DNA of 51,891 bases, filler included, from Stramenopiles sp. TOSAG23-6 (Eukaryota), in NCBI GenBank assembly GCA_900128565.1. It is 2 parts of 2 records of this genome, joined end to end, with 100 filler letters (N's around TTAATTAATTAA, not from the genome) between each part and the next. Parts side by side here need not be neighbours in the genome. Positions count along the whole stretch, not along the records: positions 26,063 to 51,891 come from LT635991.1; 1 more part is not named here. One strand, 5' to 3'. The position numbers and the translations under genes are program-made. Below, piece after piece: positions 41,457 through 51,891 of this stretch. The notes under the pieces are model-generated. The model was not told the origin of the DNA and ran no database searches. It saw only the letters and a list, made by a program, of their open reading frames with translations. Every line of letters begins with the position of its first letter. Position 1 is the first letter of the stretch.

Positions 41457-43856
41457 ATGTCCGGGACACATGCAATATCATTTATAAATAGCATGCTACA
41501 TCATCGACAATATGGGGACCGGACCCCTATGTTTTTGTCAATGGATCAAATCCAGACTAAGGTTTCAAGTATCATTCAAAGTTGTTTGAAGGTGACCCAA
41601 CTCAAAGTAATATTACGCTCGTTAAACTTGACAATATCTGGCCGTAAGGATGCTCTTATAGCACGTATTTTGACTTACTTAAGAAATAGTGGACGACGCG
41701 GTGGTCCTTCTCAGGCAAATTATTTGATACTCTTTACTGCTGCAATTCTGGAAAAAAATCTTGATATTGCAGTTCGTAACAGACGAAGCGTCGACTATAA
41801 AAAGCCACAATTTACACCGATCTCTCTGATTAGGAGTGGTGTCTCTCTGATTAGGAGTGTTGCCGTTCCTTCAGTCGAAAGTAACCCTTTGAAATATACT
41901 GGTAAGGTACGCATTCAGAAATGGCAAGTATCTGTACCTCACAATTCACCTCACTCCCCATGTTTTTGTAATGATGGAAGAAAACATAATTATGTACGGT
42001 GTAGTAGTTGTTATGCTCTCCGTCATTTGCAATGTGTTTCTTCTTTATCCAGTAAGGAAACTAATGTGTGTCGGCTATGCCAGGTAAATTCATTTTTTAT
42101 TTTTAGTAAACCAGTTGAACATGTTATTAGGCCAAGAATTGTAACAGATAATTCTTCGCCCTCGACTTTCAACGTAAAATTCCAACTAAGCAGCCGGCAA
42201 CTCTCGAGTTTCAGTTTCTCTGAAGCTCACGAGTGTAAATCGTGTCAGAATAAAGCTGAAGCTGAGTTATGGGCAGGCCATGGCGCGTGGGATAAATCCA
42301 ATCCATTACCAATTGATGCAATCGAAACATGTTCGTCTGCAAAAGCAGAGGGTGTTGGTTCGATTAAAACTGTTTCAGTGAAAACTGATTCGAACGAAAT
42401 GAAAAACTGTGAAAATAGTTTTATAAAAATAGGAAAGAATCATGGAAAGTCTCCCATAATTAAACAAGATTCTGCAGATAAGAACATTTTAGGGAGTAGC
42501 ATAGACAAAAATTTATCCAGAAAAATACATCGATATCGACATGCGTTGTATGTAGCTTGTGTTGACTTTTCGGGTGTAGTCCCAAAACTGAGATGGCCCC
42601 AATTTTCGAGCCTCCAGTCTAATGGAACAACATCGGCAGAATTGGATTCTAAACTAAATATTAATGCACCGGCGAATATCTCTAGATTAGTTAGACCTGG
42701 AATGAATACATTAAAAATTTCTGTTGGGGCAGATTCAATTGCGAATGAAAATAAACTAATGGTTTTCGTGTTTATAGCTCAATATAGACCAACCGAGGAT
42801 GTTGTCACTGAAATAACTACCAACAAAGCGTGTCAGATCTCTATTAGTAGTAGTAAGAACAAATTTATGCGTATGTACGGCAATTCAAATAGTCCAAAAT
42901 CACGTGCTCGAAGCGTAAGTATTGCTAGTGATGATGAGGCGTTCGAGTGTCTTGAAACTGATTTGAGGATTCCAATTAGATGTCCTCTAGGAATGTGTGT
43001 CATGGACTCGTCAGAAAGACACTTTCCTGTAAGGGGAAAAAGATGTAAACATTTCCAGTGTTTTGATTTGTACACATTTTTAGCATATAATAGGCAAAAG
43101 TATTTCGAATATCCTGCAGAAAATCTGACTAAAACACTTAATGAAAAGGAAGAAAAGAGATTAGCAAGAAAATGGCGGTGTCCTCATTGTAATGAAATAT
43201 GCCGTCCTCAGGATCTTATGTATGATTTGTATATCTGTGATATAATAAGAAAGGCAGTTCAGATTGATGCTGAAATGGATCAGGTTCGTCTTCTCCCTGA
43301 TGGTTCATGGTTACCCCCAGAAAAGCATATCAAACGGAATTCTGTTGGAAATAATAATAGTCTACATTCTAATAGTGATCCAAAAATATCTATGAATACA
43401 GAAGAGAATAATGATAATTGTAATAGTAATCCAAATATATCTATGACTACAGGAGAAAACGATCCTTTGGGTACTGAGACTAATACACAAATACCTATAA
43501 ACACTTCAAATTCTAATGAAGTAACGAATGACGTAATTTGTCTTTCTTCTGATTCGGAAGATGAAGAAGTAGTCGGTGGAAGCTCATCTGCTCCTAAACC
43601 TACTGGAGCTACTGCTGTATTTGCTCCTACTGAAACTATTGCTGCATTTGCTCGCGCTCCTTCTGGGCGGGGTATTTTACTTCCTAATGGTACATTGGTG
43701 AGTAAAGATACATTGCTTCAACGGGCTGTATTAGTGCATCAGTTGCTTCGAGAAGCTCAAAGAAGTCGGAATACAGCCCCAACAAGTCAATCTACGACTA
43801 CGACTATTGGAAGTGGCAGTGGTTCTTCTTATATGGATGCAATTGAATTGGATTGA
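41457..43856 (+). CDS. SIZ1/PIAS-like E3 SUMO ligase (SAP, PHD-like, SP-RING/MIZ, SIMs)
   Basis: SAP LKVTQLKVILRSLNLTISGRKDALIARI. PHD-like CFC...CSSC...HLQC...CRLC. SP-RING RCPL...PVRGKRCKHFQCFD...WRCPHC. SIM-like VICLSSDSEDEE and IELD. Confidence 0.88.
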   Translation: MSGTHAISFINSMLHHRQYGDRTPMFLSMDQIQTKVSSIIQSCLKVTQLKVILRSLNLTISGRKDALIARILTYLRNSGRRGGPSQANYLILFTAAILEKNLDIAVRNRRSVDYKKPQFTPISLIRSGVSLIRSVAVPSVESNPLKYTGKVRIQKWQVSVPHNSPHSPCFCNDGRKHNYVRCSSCYALRHLQCVSSLSSKETNVCRLCQVNSFFIFSKPVEHVIRPRIVTDNSSPSTFNVKFQLSSRQLSSFSFSEAHECKSCQNKAEAELWAGHGAWDKSNPLPIDAIETCSSAKAEGVGSIKTVSVKTDSNEMKNCENSFIKIGKNHGKSPIIKQDSADKNILGSSIDKNLSRKIHRYRHALYVACVDFSGVVPKLRWPQFSSLQSNGTTSAELDSKLNINAPANISRLVRPGMNTLKISVGADSIANENKLMVFVFIAQYRPTEDVVTEITTNKACQISISSSKNKFMRMYGNSNSPKSRARSVSIASDDEAFECLETDLRIPIRCPLGMCVMDSSERHFPVRGKRCKHFQCFDLYTFLAYNRQKYFEYPAENLTKTLNEKEEKRLARKWRCPHCNEICRPQDLMYDLYICDIIRKAVQIDAEMDQVRLLPDGSWLPPEKHIKRNSVGNNNSLHSNSDPKISMNTEENNDNCNSNPNISMTTGENDPLGTETNTQIPINTSNSNEVTNDVICLSSDSEDEEVVGGSSSAPKPTGATAVFAPTETIAAFARAPSGRGILLPNGTLVSKDTLLQRAVLVHQLLREAQRSRNTAPTSQSTTTTIGSGSGSSYMDAIELD

Positions 43857-43942
43857 AGACTGATATAATATGATACCGCATTAAATAATGATGAATATTT
43901 ATAATTGTATGATTTCTTTTTGTGTGTGTTTTTATTTAAAAT

Positions 43943-45409
43943 TTACGAATCACTACCACTATCATCATCAGATCCACTTTCGTCATCAGATCCACTTTCG
44001 TCAGAATCTATTTCTGAGTCCTCTTCTGTCTCCTTTTCAGATCCATCATCTGAATCTTCCTCTTTCTTATCAATATTTGTAATACTAACTCCACGCGTTA
44101 CACTGTCTATTTTGTGTAATATTTTAAGCTTTTTTCGATGACCCATTTTAGTCACACCTAATGCATCTAGGTCTTCATCACCTAAGCCATGTTCAGCAAT
44201 AGCACTCAAGTCATCATATCCAAGCGCTCTAAATGATTCGCCATATTGTCCGAGACCAATATAATTCAACCACGAAACTACACCAGCGACACCGCTGCTC
44301 TTTTCTTGTTTGTCTTTGTGAGTCGCTAATATTGAATAAACCTCTTGGAATTCAGGCTGTACCAAAGCAAAATCTAGAGGAGTGTGGCCACAGTTACTCT
44401 TAGCAGACACAATGGCTCCTCGTGTTAAAAGTAATCTCACAGCAGCAGTATGCCCATAAGCGGCTGCATAATGTAGAGGTGTGTGGTTACAGACGTCGCG
44501 TCCATTAACTAAGGCTCCATGGGAAAGAAGTAGCTCAATAATCTCAGCAGCACCATGACGAGCAGCCACATGAATTGCCCCAAACTTACATTTTTCAAAA
44601 CCTTCTGCTGAGTAAGCGTCATTTTCTATATTTTTAATATTGGAATCATCATTAACACCAACACCAACACCTGGCGTTACACTACTTTCTACTTTACTAT
44701 CAAAATTACTCGCATTAGCTTCTAAAAGAATTTGTGCTGCTCTTCGACTATTCATCGCACAGCAAAAGTGCAAGCCTGTAAAACCTGAACATAACTTGTC
44801 AACTTCATCTAATATCTGAGAGGATTGATTGCCAGAGGAAAGCCGCTCGGATATAAACTGAGCAACATCACCGGCGCAAGACGCATAAGGTTTCTTCACT
44901 TGTAAATTACTTTTCGGACGAAATTCTATAGGTACACTTTGGGATATCTCGTTATTATTTTTCACATATTTCCCAGAGTACTGGCGCGAGTATACTTCTT
45001 TTGGCGCAAATGGATTTTGCATATAATAGGGTTCTCGGGCTTTCATCGGGTATTCATTTGATTGAAAGTCCTGGGTAATATTTTCGTATCCTTGAGAATA
45101 AGGTGAGAGTTGGGAACCGTCTCTCCCCCACGAGGACTGCAATGATCCCCTAGGATCAAACCCTTTGTCTAATGTTCGTCGATAGTCAACTCGATTATCC
45201 GGACGCTGTAATGAGAAATTAATTTTTCGTGNNNNNNNNNNNNNNNNNNNNNNNNNNNNNNNNNNNNNNNNNNNNNNNNNNNNNNNNNNNNNNNNNNNNN
45301 NNNNNNNNNNNNNNNNCCGTGCGTTCAACTGTGTGGAGGGGTAACTTGATTGTGAATGTTGGAATGATTCATACTGTGGCGAATTTCTACTAAACCTTGA
45401 AATATCCAT
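43943..45409 (-). CDS. Ankyrin repeat and SAM domain protein (spans an N gap at 45232-45316)
   Basis: HTPLHYAAAYGH, GAIHVAARHG. SAM domain WLNYIGLGQYGESF...LGVTKMGHRKKL. Acidic tail. The 5' part is uncertain across the gap. Confidence 0.85.
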   Translation of the reverse strand: MDISRFSRNSPQYESFQHSQSSYPSTQLNARXXXXXXXXXXXXXXXXXXXXXXXXXXXXXRKINFSLQRPDNRVDYRRTLDKGFDPRGSLQSSWGRDGSQLSPYSQGYENITQDFQSNEYPMKAREPYYMQNPFAPKEVYSRQYSGKYVKNNNEISQSVPIEFRPKSNLQVKKPYASCAGDVAQFISERLSSGNQSSQILDEVDKLCSGFTGLHFCCAMNSRRAAQILLEANASNFDSKVESSVTPGVGVGVNDDSNIKNIENDAYSAEGFEKCKFGAIHVAARHGAAEIIELLLSHGALVNGRDVCNHTPLHYAAAYGHTAAVRLLLTRGAIVSAKSNCGHTPLDFALVQPEFQEVYSILATHKDKQEKSSGVAGVVSWLNYIGLGQYGESFRALGYDDLSAIAEHGLGDEDLDALGVTKMGHRKKLKILHKIDSVTRGVSITNIDKKEEDSDDGSEKETEEDSEIDSDESGSDDESGSDDDSGSDS

Positions 45410-45705
45410 TTATATATCCCAAGAAAAATTCCAATACTCAATCTAAAATCTAAATTTGGAAATAATCATGGAAAAGGCACACACACGACATACGAACACT
45501 CAAAGATCGAGATATTTTTCAAAATCGAAATTTTTCTTGGACGTTTTCTACGAAAATGGTACAAATTTTCCTACCTAATTTAGCCGTTTCGGTACGTTGA
45601 ATGAAGGCAGGCCAGCCCTCCTGTGCAGGTAGCAGGTAAAGGTATGCCCATAGTAACCGAAAACTTGAATACAAGTTAGTTTGTCCGTCAATGATTCAAT
45701 AGATC

Positions 45706-48700
45706 ATGCCTCGAGCAGAGCGAGGAAAATCAAAAATAGGAGGAAATCGAATGATTTCGTTGGACTCCAAGCCACATCGCAATATCTCTGGGATTAGAAA
45801 AGTCGAAAGCAAAACCAAAATCAAACTAAGCCACTTAGACGGCAATTTTCGAGCAAATGGTAAATATCATCTATTTGCAGATAAGAGTTTCTATATTTTT
45901 GATAGATATAATTCCTTCAGGCAACTTTTAGTTCGTGTTAGTACTAGTGACTGGTTCGAAATATTCATTATGTCAACTATTTTCCTCAATGCCATTTCCC
46001 TGACTTTATATGATTTTAATGTTGTTACGAAAGAAGAAAATCCAACTTTTATCTTTCCGGTTAAGGAGGGTTATGATATAAGGTATGGACTCAAAGCAAA
46101 AGTAGAGACTACTTCCGAAATAAATGGAATTCTCGATACTTTAGAAAGCATTTTCCTTGCTGTTTATGTACTCGAGGTTCTTATTAAGTCAACTGCAATG
46201 GGGTTCATTTATGGTAAAAACGCATACCTTAAAAATCGGTGGAATCAATTTGACTTTTTCCTGATAGTTGCTAGTCTTTTGGCGATACTTCCTGGAGTCC
46301 CTTCTTTAGTAGTTTTGCGTTGCTTGCGTGTTTTTCGTCTGTGTAGAGCAATAGAATTTACAGCAAAATTACAAATCATGGCAAAGTCTCTCTTTTCTTC
46401 AGTTGGGGCGCTAGGACGTCTACTTTTTCTCTTTGTGATTAGTTACTGCATTTTAAGTTTCATTGGTTTACAAATGTGGTCCGGTTTATTACATTATCAA
46501 TGTCGTCTTACTCCAGAGCCCGTACAACTTCCCACTGATTGGACTGCAGAAGACTATATATCGAGTCAGTATCGTGGGAACCTTGTACACGGTAAAACAC
46601 CTGAATGGTTAAAAACTTATTTGATTGAAATGAACGAAAGTAGAACCAGTGTAACACATCCTTGTGGGGGGCAAACACAGAAGTTTGCTGATGATAAAGA
46701 TGTATGGTTAACCCGTGACAAAACTTGCGTGTGGCCGATTGATAGAAATGATACTAAGGTATGTGGTTTAAAAAGCAATAATGCTGGTTATCTGTGTCGT
46801 ATGGAAACAAAAAAGTCGTGGTGTGGTTCTAACTTTGATAGAAATGGCCAACCGAGGTTTGAAGAAACATATATGAACATTGAAAATAGTCACGGTGCTC
46901 GATTTTGGGGAATTTTCAGTTTCGATGACTTTGGGTTCTCATTATTCACGATGTTTTTATCCTCTAGTCCCCGCTGGTGGAGTCACATAATGGATGCATA
47001 CTCCAATGCGTTCAATCCAATCATTATTCGACCTATTTTTGTGTTTCTCTTCTGTGTTGGGGCTTTTCTGGTGGTCAATTTAGCTTTAGTTATTATCAAG
47101 AATGAATTTGAGGAAAATGAAACCAACATTGCAAAAAATAAAAAAAAAAAAGAAAAACGAGGCATATTAACATATGATATTCCTAAGGGGACATGGCACG
47201 GGAAAATACGTTCAAAGATATTATTTCTGATAGAACGACGTAGTTTTGTTAGATTAATACGACTTTGTATTATAATGAATATGTGTATTATTATGCTCAA
47301 CACATACCCTGGTAACCCCGATCATATGGATCTTTACAGACAGGGAAATCTCATATTTTTGTTTATATTTGTAATTGAAATGGTGCTCAAGATTATTGGT
47401 TATGGTCCTATGAGGTTTATGAAAAACACATATAATCAGTTTGATTTTGTTATCGTTGCTTTTTCAGTAATAGAAGTCATTCGTGCACCAGCTTTAGTAA
47501 CGTCTAAAGTGGCTGAAACAGAATCTTGGAGCGTTGCATCAAAATCAAGAGTATGTGGGCTCCTAGCTCTTCGAGCACTAGATATCATGAATGTATTGAG
47601 TGAGACTCGTACTTGGAGTGAACTACAACAAGTACTCAGCGGATTAAGTGCAGCAAGAGAATTATACGCGTATAGTTTCTTCTTTGTATTATTTTTGGTT
47701 GTATACGCATTGATAGGAATGCAATTATTTTTACATCGCTTTCAGTTTGAAACAGCAACAAATGTTGTCCTGTCAGTTGACGATGCAATGTATGCTCAAT
47801 CAGAAACAAGTTCCGGGGTTCGAAACAATTTTAATACATTTCCTTGGGCACTTGCCACAGTCTTTGAAGTTATGACGGCACATAATTTTAGCAAAATAAT
47901 GTACGCAGGGTCTCAAACCCTAGGGATAATATCGCCTTTTTATTTTTTATCCCTTGTAGTTTTGGGGAATTGGCTTATCTTGAACATGTTTATCTCTATA
48001 CTTCTTGCCAAGTTTGAGACGGCGACATTGGTAAACAATGATGTGGAATCTTTAATACAAAGACTAAAGAGGCTTACTTGCATGCGAAAAAACATTTCAC
48101 AGGTCGTACCTATTGATGATGACCAAAGTATTAATTCAGCACACACTGATGCAAAATGTGAAAGTAAGAGTAAAATAGTTGAAAAGGAGTCAAAGACAAA
48201 TATATTGGGGACAAAGATATTAGAAGAAAAAATCCAGTCTGTACATAGAAAAAGTTTACATGAAATGCAGGGAAATTCGGATGCTTCTTCTGAAAACGTG
48301 TGCAACGTCCAAATACCACATGGAACTTCGCTTTATATTTTTTCTTCCTCAAATTGTATGCGAAAATCTTTGTTCAAAGTAGTGACTTCTAGATCATTTA
48401 ATATTGCGCTGGCTTTCTTGATTTTTGTAAGTGCGATCTTGTTAGGTTTTAATGATCCAATGTCAGCACCAACCAGCAACAGTAGCAAAATAATGGTTGC
48501 ACTGGATTACTACTTCGTTACAATTTTTAGTGTAGAAATGTTTATGAAGATTATTGCATATGGTCTTGTATTAAATAGACATTCTTACTTAAGAAATCCA
48601 TGGAATGTATTTGATGCTACAATTGTGGTGATTTGTCTATATTCTCTTACACTCGATAATTTCCAAAAGATAAGCGTTATACGATTGCTTCGTGTGCTCA

Positions 48701-50904
48701 GGGTAGTAACATTAGTAAAGATGTTACCAAGATCAAGTGGAATTCGTTTGGTAACGGAAACAGTGGTTTCCTCTATTCCTTCATTGTTTAGTGCATGTCT
48801 CTTGATTGTAATATTCTTTTTCATACTGGCTATTACAGGAATGCACTATTTAAAGGGAGCTTTGTCCAAATGTTCCTTTGACAAATTAGGTGTGACAGAT
48901 GCAATGAAAGAAGCTATTATAAACCCTAAACCATTTATTGATCTTGGTGTCCAAACTGTTAAAGACTTTGCTGATTATGGTATAAACACTTCATTACCTT
49001 ACACAGGTACTGGTGGTGGCAGTGGTGCAGTATATGTCACATCAAAGGATGTATGCATTTGGTCTAATTTACAGTGGGTAAATGTACTGCCCGTAAATTT
49101 TGACGATGTAGGTCTCTCATTTACAGCGGTTGTTGAAAATTCTGTAGGGTTTTGGTTTCCATTAGATTTTTTTCAGGCCGTGGTAGACCAGCGAGGAATG
49201 GATATGCAGCCTGCAGAAAGCAACAATTTCATCAGTATTATAATTTTTCTATTATTTTATATTGTTGGCACATATTTTATTGTTGCCTTAATTATGGGGG
49301 TTGTTTACTATAATTATCATACGCTAGAATTTAGCTCAGTTAATAAATATTTGATGACAGATAATCAATCTCGATGGGCAGAAGAACAGGCAGAAATATT
49401 TACAGACTGGCATCCACGTATTCGCGAAAGAAAACCCACGACTAAACTTAGTAGGTTTTGCTGGAAAATTGTACATTTTAAGTATTTCGATCATTTCGTT
49501 AATGTGGTTATTTCTGTAAACTCTATTGCTATGGCAATGAAATATTTTGGCTCCAGTGTAAAGTATAATACATCTCTTGAGATTGTCTATATTGTATGCG
49601 GATCAATATTTTGTATTGAAATGTTTATTAAGCTTCTTGCCCATGGAAGACAGTTCTTTCACAAATCTTGGAATAAGTTTGACTTCTTCATTTTAGTGGG
49701 ATATGTACTCTTCTGCTTCTTGGAGATTATAGGAAATAACGTAGCTAGTGCAATGCATGCAATGCTTGCCATTCGTACTTTCCGGATTTTTCGAAGTTTA
49801 CAACTTGGTCGAAGTTTCCAGATACTATTAAGAACATTTATTCACATACTTCCATCGGTGTGGAACGTGGGTCTTTTACTAATTATTTTCTTATATTTGT
49901 ATGCAGTTATTGGAGTACAGTTATTTGCATTTGTACAAGATGGGGATATGATTGGTACATATCGAAACTTTCATTCCGTTTCCCAATCTATGCTAACACT
50001 CTTCTGTGCAGCAACTTCCGGTGGTTGGAGTACTTTCATGCATGACACGGAAAGTAAAAAAAAGGTTGTGTCGTACGACGGTTTGTACTGTTCAAACAAT
50101 CTTAGCTTTAACTACAATGAGCATGTTTGTGGTTTTAGCGATGCAGAAGATTGTATGCCACTGTATGGCTGTGGAAGCTCCCTTTCATTTGCGTATTGGA
50201 TTTCTTTTTATGTCATCATTGCCTATATAATAATTCAACTATTTATAGGAACTCTGATCAGTAGTTTCAGAAAATCATTAAAGAAAGAATATTCCTTGCT
50301 TTCTAACGAATACAAGAATCAATTTCTCATTGCATGGGAAATGTTTGATCCTATGGCTAAGCGGATGATACTACGGAGGGATTTGGGTAGCTTTGTCAGG
50401 GCGCTGCCTCCACCCATGGGATTTGATTTAGATAGCACATCTCAAAACTTGGAGATACAAGAAGCTATAACACAGATGAATCTGCCAACTTTCAAAGAAA
50501 ATGGAGAAAGCGTAGTGCTTTTTTCTGACGTTGCTTTATACTTCGCAAAGAGAGTTCTTCATATAAAAAGCGATCCATTATATACCAAAACGAACAAAAC
50601 AAGCGAAACAAAGGACAAACAAAGACACCGAATAGAGAAAAAGCACTCTACATTTATTGACAAAACCGACTATACAAGTCAACTTGAGGTCCTAAAATTA
50701 ATTCATACATTCGAAACATGGAAAATACGCAGTCGCCTTGATGAATGTATAACTCTGCGTAAAGAAAATACTCAGACAGGTACTAAATTTACTCAAGATT
50801 CAAATGCTCAGACAGGTACTAAACTTACTCAAGATACAAATCATCACAGAAGAAGGCTTCACAAATATAAAACTCAAAGATCGGAGCTTCGTAGAAGTAT
50901 ATGA
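45706..50904 (+). CDS. Four-domain voltage-gated cation channel (Cav/Nav superfamily), divergent
   Basis: 1732-aa intronless ORF with four 6-TM repeats, WNxFD S2-S3 motifs, S4 segments LRCLRVFRLCR, IRLLRVLRVV and IRTFRIFRSL, and C-terminal WEMFDP...LPPPMG. Confidence 0.92.
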   Translation: MPRAERGKSKIGGNRMISLDSKPHRNISGIRKVESKTKIKLSHLDGNFRANGKYHLFADKSFYIFDRYNSFRQLLVRVSTSDWFEIFIMSTIFLNAISLTLYDFNVVTKEENPTFIFPVKEGYDIRYGLKAKVETTSEINGILDTLESIFLAVYVLEVLIKSTAMGFIYGKNAYLKNRWNQFDFFLIVASLLAILPGVPSLVVLRCLRVFRLCRAIEFTAKLQIMAKSLFSSVGALGRLLFLFVISYCILSFIGLQMWSGLLHYQCRLTPEPVQLPTDWTAEDYISSQYRGNLVHGKTPEWLKTYLIEMNESRTSVTHPCGGQTQKFADDKDVWLTRDKTCVWPIDRNDTKVCGLKSNNAGYLCRMETKKSWCGSNFDRNGQPRFEETYMNIENSHGARFWGIFSFDDFGFSLFTMFLSSSPRWWSHIMDAYSNAFNPIIIRPIFVFLFCVGAFLVVNLALVIIKNEFEENETNIAKNKKKKEKRGILTYDIPKGTWHGKIRSKILFLIERRSFVRLIRLCIIMNMCIIMLNTYPGNPDHMDLYRQGNLIFLFIFVIEMVLKIIGYGPMRFMKNTYNQFDFVIVAFSVIEVIRAPALVTSKVAETESWSVASKSRVCGLLALRALDIMNVLSETRTWSELQQVLSGLSAARELYAYSFFFVLFLVVYALIGMQLFLHRFQFETATNVVLSVDDAMYAQSETSSGVRNNFNTFPWALATVFEVMTAHNFSKIMYAGSQTLGIISPFYFLSLVVLGNWLILNMFISILLAKFETATLVNNDVESLIQRLKRLTCMRKNISQVVPIDDDQSINSAHTDAKCESKSKIVEKESKTNILGTKILEEKIQSVHRKSLHEMQGNSDASSENVCNVQIPHGTSLYIFSSSNCMRKSLFKVVTSRSFNIALAFLIFVSAILLGFNDPMSAPTSNSSKIMVALDYYFVTIFSVEMFMKIIAYGLVLNRHSYLRNPWNVFDATIVVICLYSLTLDNFQKISVIRLLRVLRVVTLVKMLPRSSGIRLVTETVVSSIPSLFSACLLIVIFFFILAITGMHYLKGALSKCSFDKLGVTDAMKEAIINPKPFIDLGVQTVKDFADYGINTSLPYTGTGGGSGAVYVTSKDVCIWSNLQWVNVLPVNFDDVGLSFTAVVENSVGFWFPLDFFQAVVDQRGMDMQPAESNNFISIIIFLLFYIVGTYFIVALIMGVVYYNYHTLEFSSVNKYLMTDNQSRWAEEQAEIFTDWHPRIRERKPTTKLSRFCWKIVHFKYFDHFVNVVISVNSIAMAMKYFGSSVKYNTSLEIVYIVCGSIFCIEMFIKLLAHGRQFFHKSWNKFDFFILVGYVLFCFLEIIGNNVASAMHAMLAIRTFRIFRSLQLGRSFQILLRTFIHILPSVWNVGLLLIIFLYLYAVIGVQLFAFVQDGDMIGTYRNFHSVSQSMLTLFCAATSGGWSTFMHDTESKKKVVSYDGLYCSNNLSFNYNEHVCGFSDAEDCMPLYGCGSSLSFAYWISFYVIIAYIIIQLFIGTLISSFRKSLKKEYSLLSNEYKNQFLIAWEMFDPMAKRMILRRDLGSFVRALPPPMGFDLDSTSQNLEIQEAITQMNLPTFKENGESVVLFSDVALYFAKRVLHIKSDPLYTKTNKTSETKDKQRHRIEKKHSTFIDKTDYTSQLEVLKLIHTFETWKIRSRLDECITLRKENTQTGTKFTQDSNAQTGTKLTQDTNHHRRRLHKYKTQRSELRRSI

Positions 50905-51006
50905 AACATCATGTAGATTTTTACTCTGATATTATAAATAAATACCCAATAATTTTATCAATTTTATTTTTATTTTGTTGTTGATGTATTGATTGATTTG
51001 TTTCAA

Positions 51007-51891
51007 ATGAGTGCAAAAGCCGTTGTAACTCCAACGATCGAAGGAAGAATACGTTTGTTGAAGAAATATTTATTACAAATAAGTACAGTAATTGAGAAAA
51101 AAAGGTATGTGCAAATATTAGTTGGAACAATGAAAATGAAGTGGGCTGCACTTTCAAAGACAAGTCAACATCCAATTAATGCTCATGCTGCACAACTAAG
51201 TGCATTCCAAAGTACTTCTAAAATATATCGGAATGCTGTACAACAGATTCCAATACCAAAGAAAAAGGGTGGAAGAAATACCAAACGAAAGAAGAAAGGT
51301 AAAGGTAAAGGTAAAAGCACGAAAACAAGTCTTCGGAAAACAAATGGGACTTCAGGAAAGGGAAAAAATCTAATGCGTCGAATGGATTTTGCGGAGCTAA
51401 AAGATGTATCGGGCTTTCGTCCAAAGAAGAAAGACAAAGAAGGATTAGAATGGGATACTGTGTACCGACCACTTCCTGCAGATGTGTCAGAAGATTCCAC
51501 ATACGCAGAAGAACATGCCTGGAACAAGGAACAAATCCCTGAAGAAATCGCGTTCAATTATGATGATGATCCTTATGAAACTGCAGCGAGACTTACACAT
51601 ATGCATTTTGCCCCCATTGATGCCATGAGCCGTGGACTTCCTGGCAAAGTAGTCAACGCAGCAAGTTTTTCGACAGCAGAAATGAAAGCACTAGGTCCAC
51701 GAAAGGCTGGTGCAGATAAAATCATTAACAATTTCATGTTTAAGCATTTTTTCGAACTAGTGGATCTTATCAAGGATCACCAAGCGAATTATACAAAGGG
51801 ACACGAACCTTTGATACAGGATTTTCATACAGTTGAAAGATCTCATATGAAGGATGGTAAACAGTATGACATGGTTATAAAACATGAAGTT
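51007..51891 (+). CDS. Hypothetical protein with K/G-rich basic patch, 3'-partial (absent from the ORF track)
   Basis: Open from ATG 51007 (MSAKAVVTPTIEGRIRLL...) to the window end, 295 codons without a stop. Confidence 0.75.
   Translation, partial: MSAKAVVTPTIEGRIRLLKKYLLQISTVIEKKRYVQILVGTMKMKWAALSKTSQHPINAHAAQLSAFQSTSKIYRNAVQQIPIPKKKGGRNTKRKKKGKGKGKSTKTSLRKTNGTSGKGKNLMRRMDFAELKDVSGFRPKKKDKEGLEWDTVYRPLPADVSEDSTYAEEHAWNKEQIPEEIAFNYDDDPYETAARLTHMHFAPIDAMSRGLPGKVVNAASFSTAEMKALGPRKAGADKIINNFMFKHFFELVDLIKDHQANYTKGHEPLIQDFHTVERSHMKDGKQYDMVIKHEV

Noticed and set aside
45500-45600. Weak resemblance to the element core (TACGAAAAT...CTACCTAAT)
   Set aside because: No recognisable termini, intergenic position, and too degenerate to call.

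Overview
AT-rich, gene-dense eukaryotic genomic DNA in the standard genetic code. The axonemal dynein implies a flagellated organism, probably a protist, but the lineage cannot be fixed from sequence alone. The window has about 21 protein-coding genes, including an inner-arm dynein heavy chain, a P2X receptor with a C-terminal C2 domain, SARAF, COMMD7, MTHFS, a SIZ1/PIAS-like SUMO ligase, a DGK1-like kinase, an Rpp14/Pop5-family protein, an FkbM methyltransferase and a four-domain voltage-gated channel with an apparently non-acidic filter. An artificial 100-nt scaffold linker at 25963-26062 splits the window. The main discovery is a dispersed family of ~90-145-nt introner-like elements: 19 complete copies, 5 partial or degenerate ones, and a possible collapsed remnant in the dynein gene. 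The consensus is GTAYGTTTT...TTCGTACGAA-ATTTTG-TACCTAAC...TTGAAATATTTTTCCAAAATAC. Every complete copy interrupts a coding sequence in sense orientation. Removing the element plus the 2 nt that follow it gives a continuous reading frame in all 19. Those 2 nt are AT in 16 copies, AG in 2 and TT in 1, and they usually duplicate the last 2 nt of the upstream exon. This points to a mobile intron family spliced mostly at non-canonical GT-AT (also GC-AT, AT-AT, GT-TT) boundaries. The splicing is inferred from DNA only and needs RNA confirmation.
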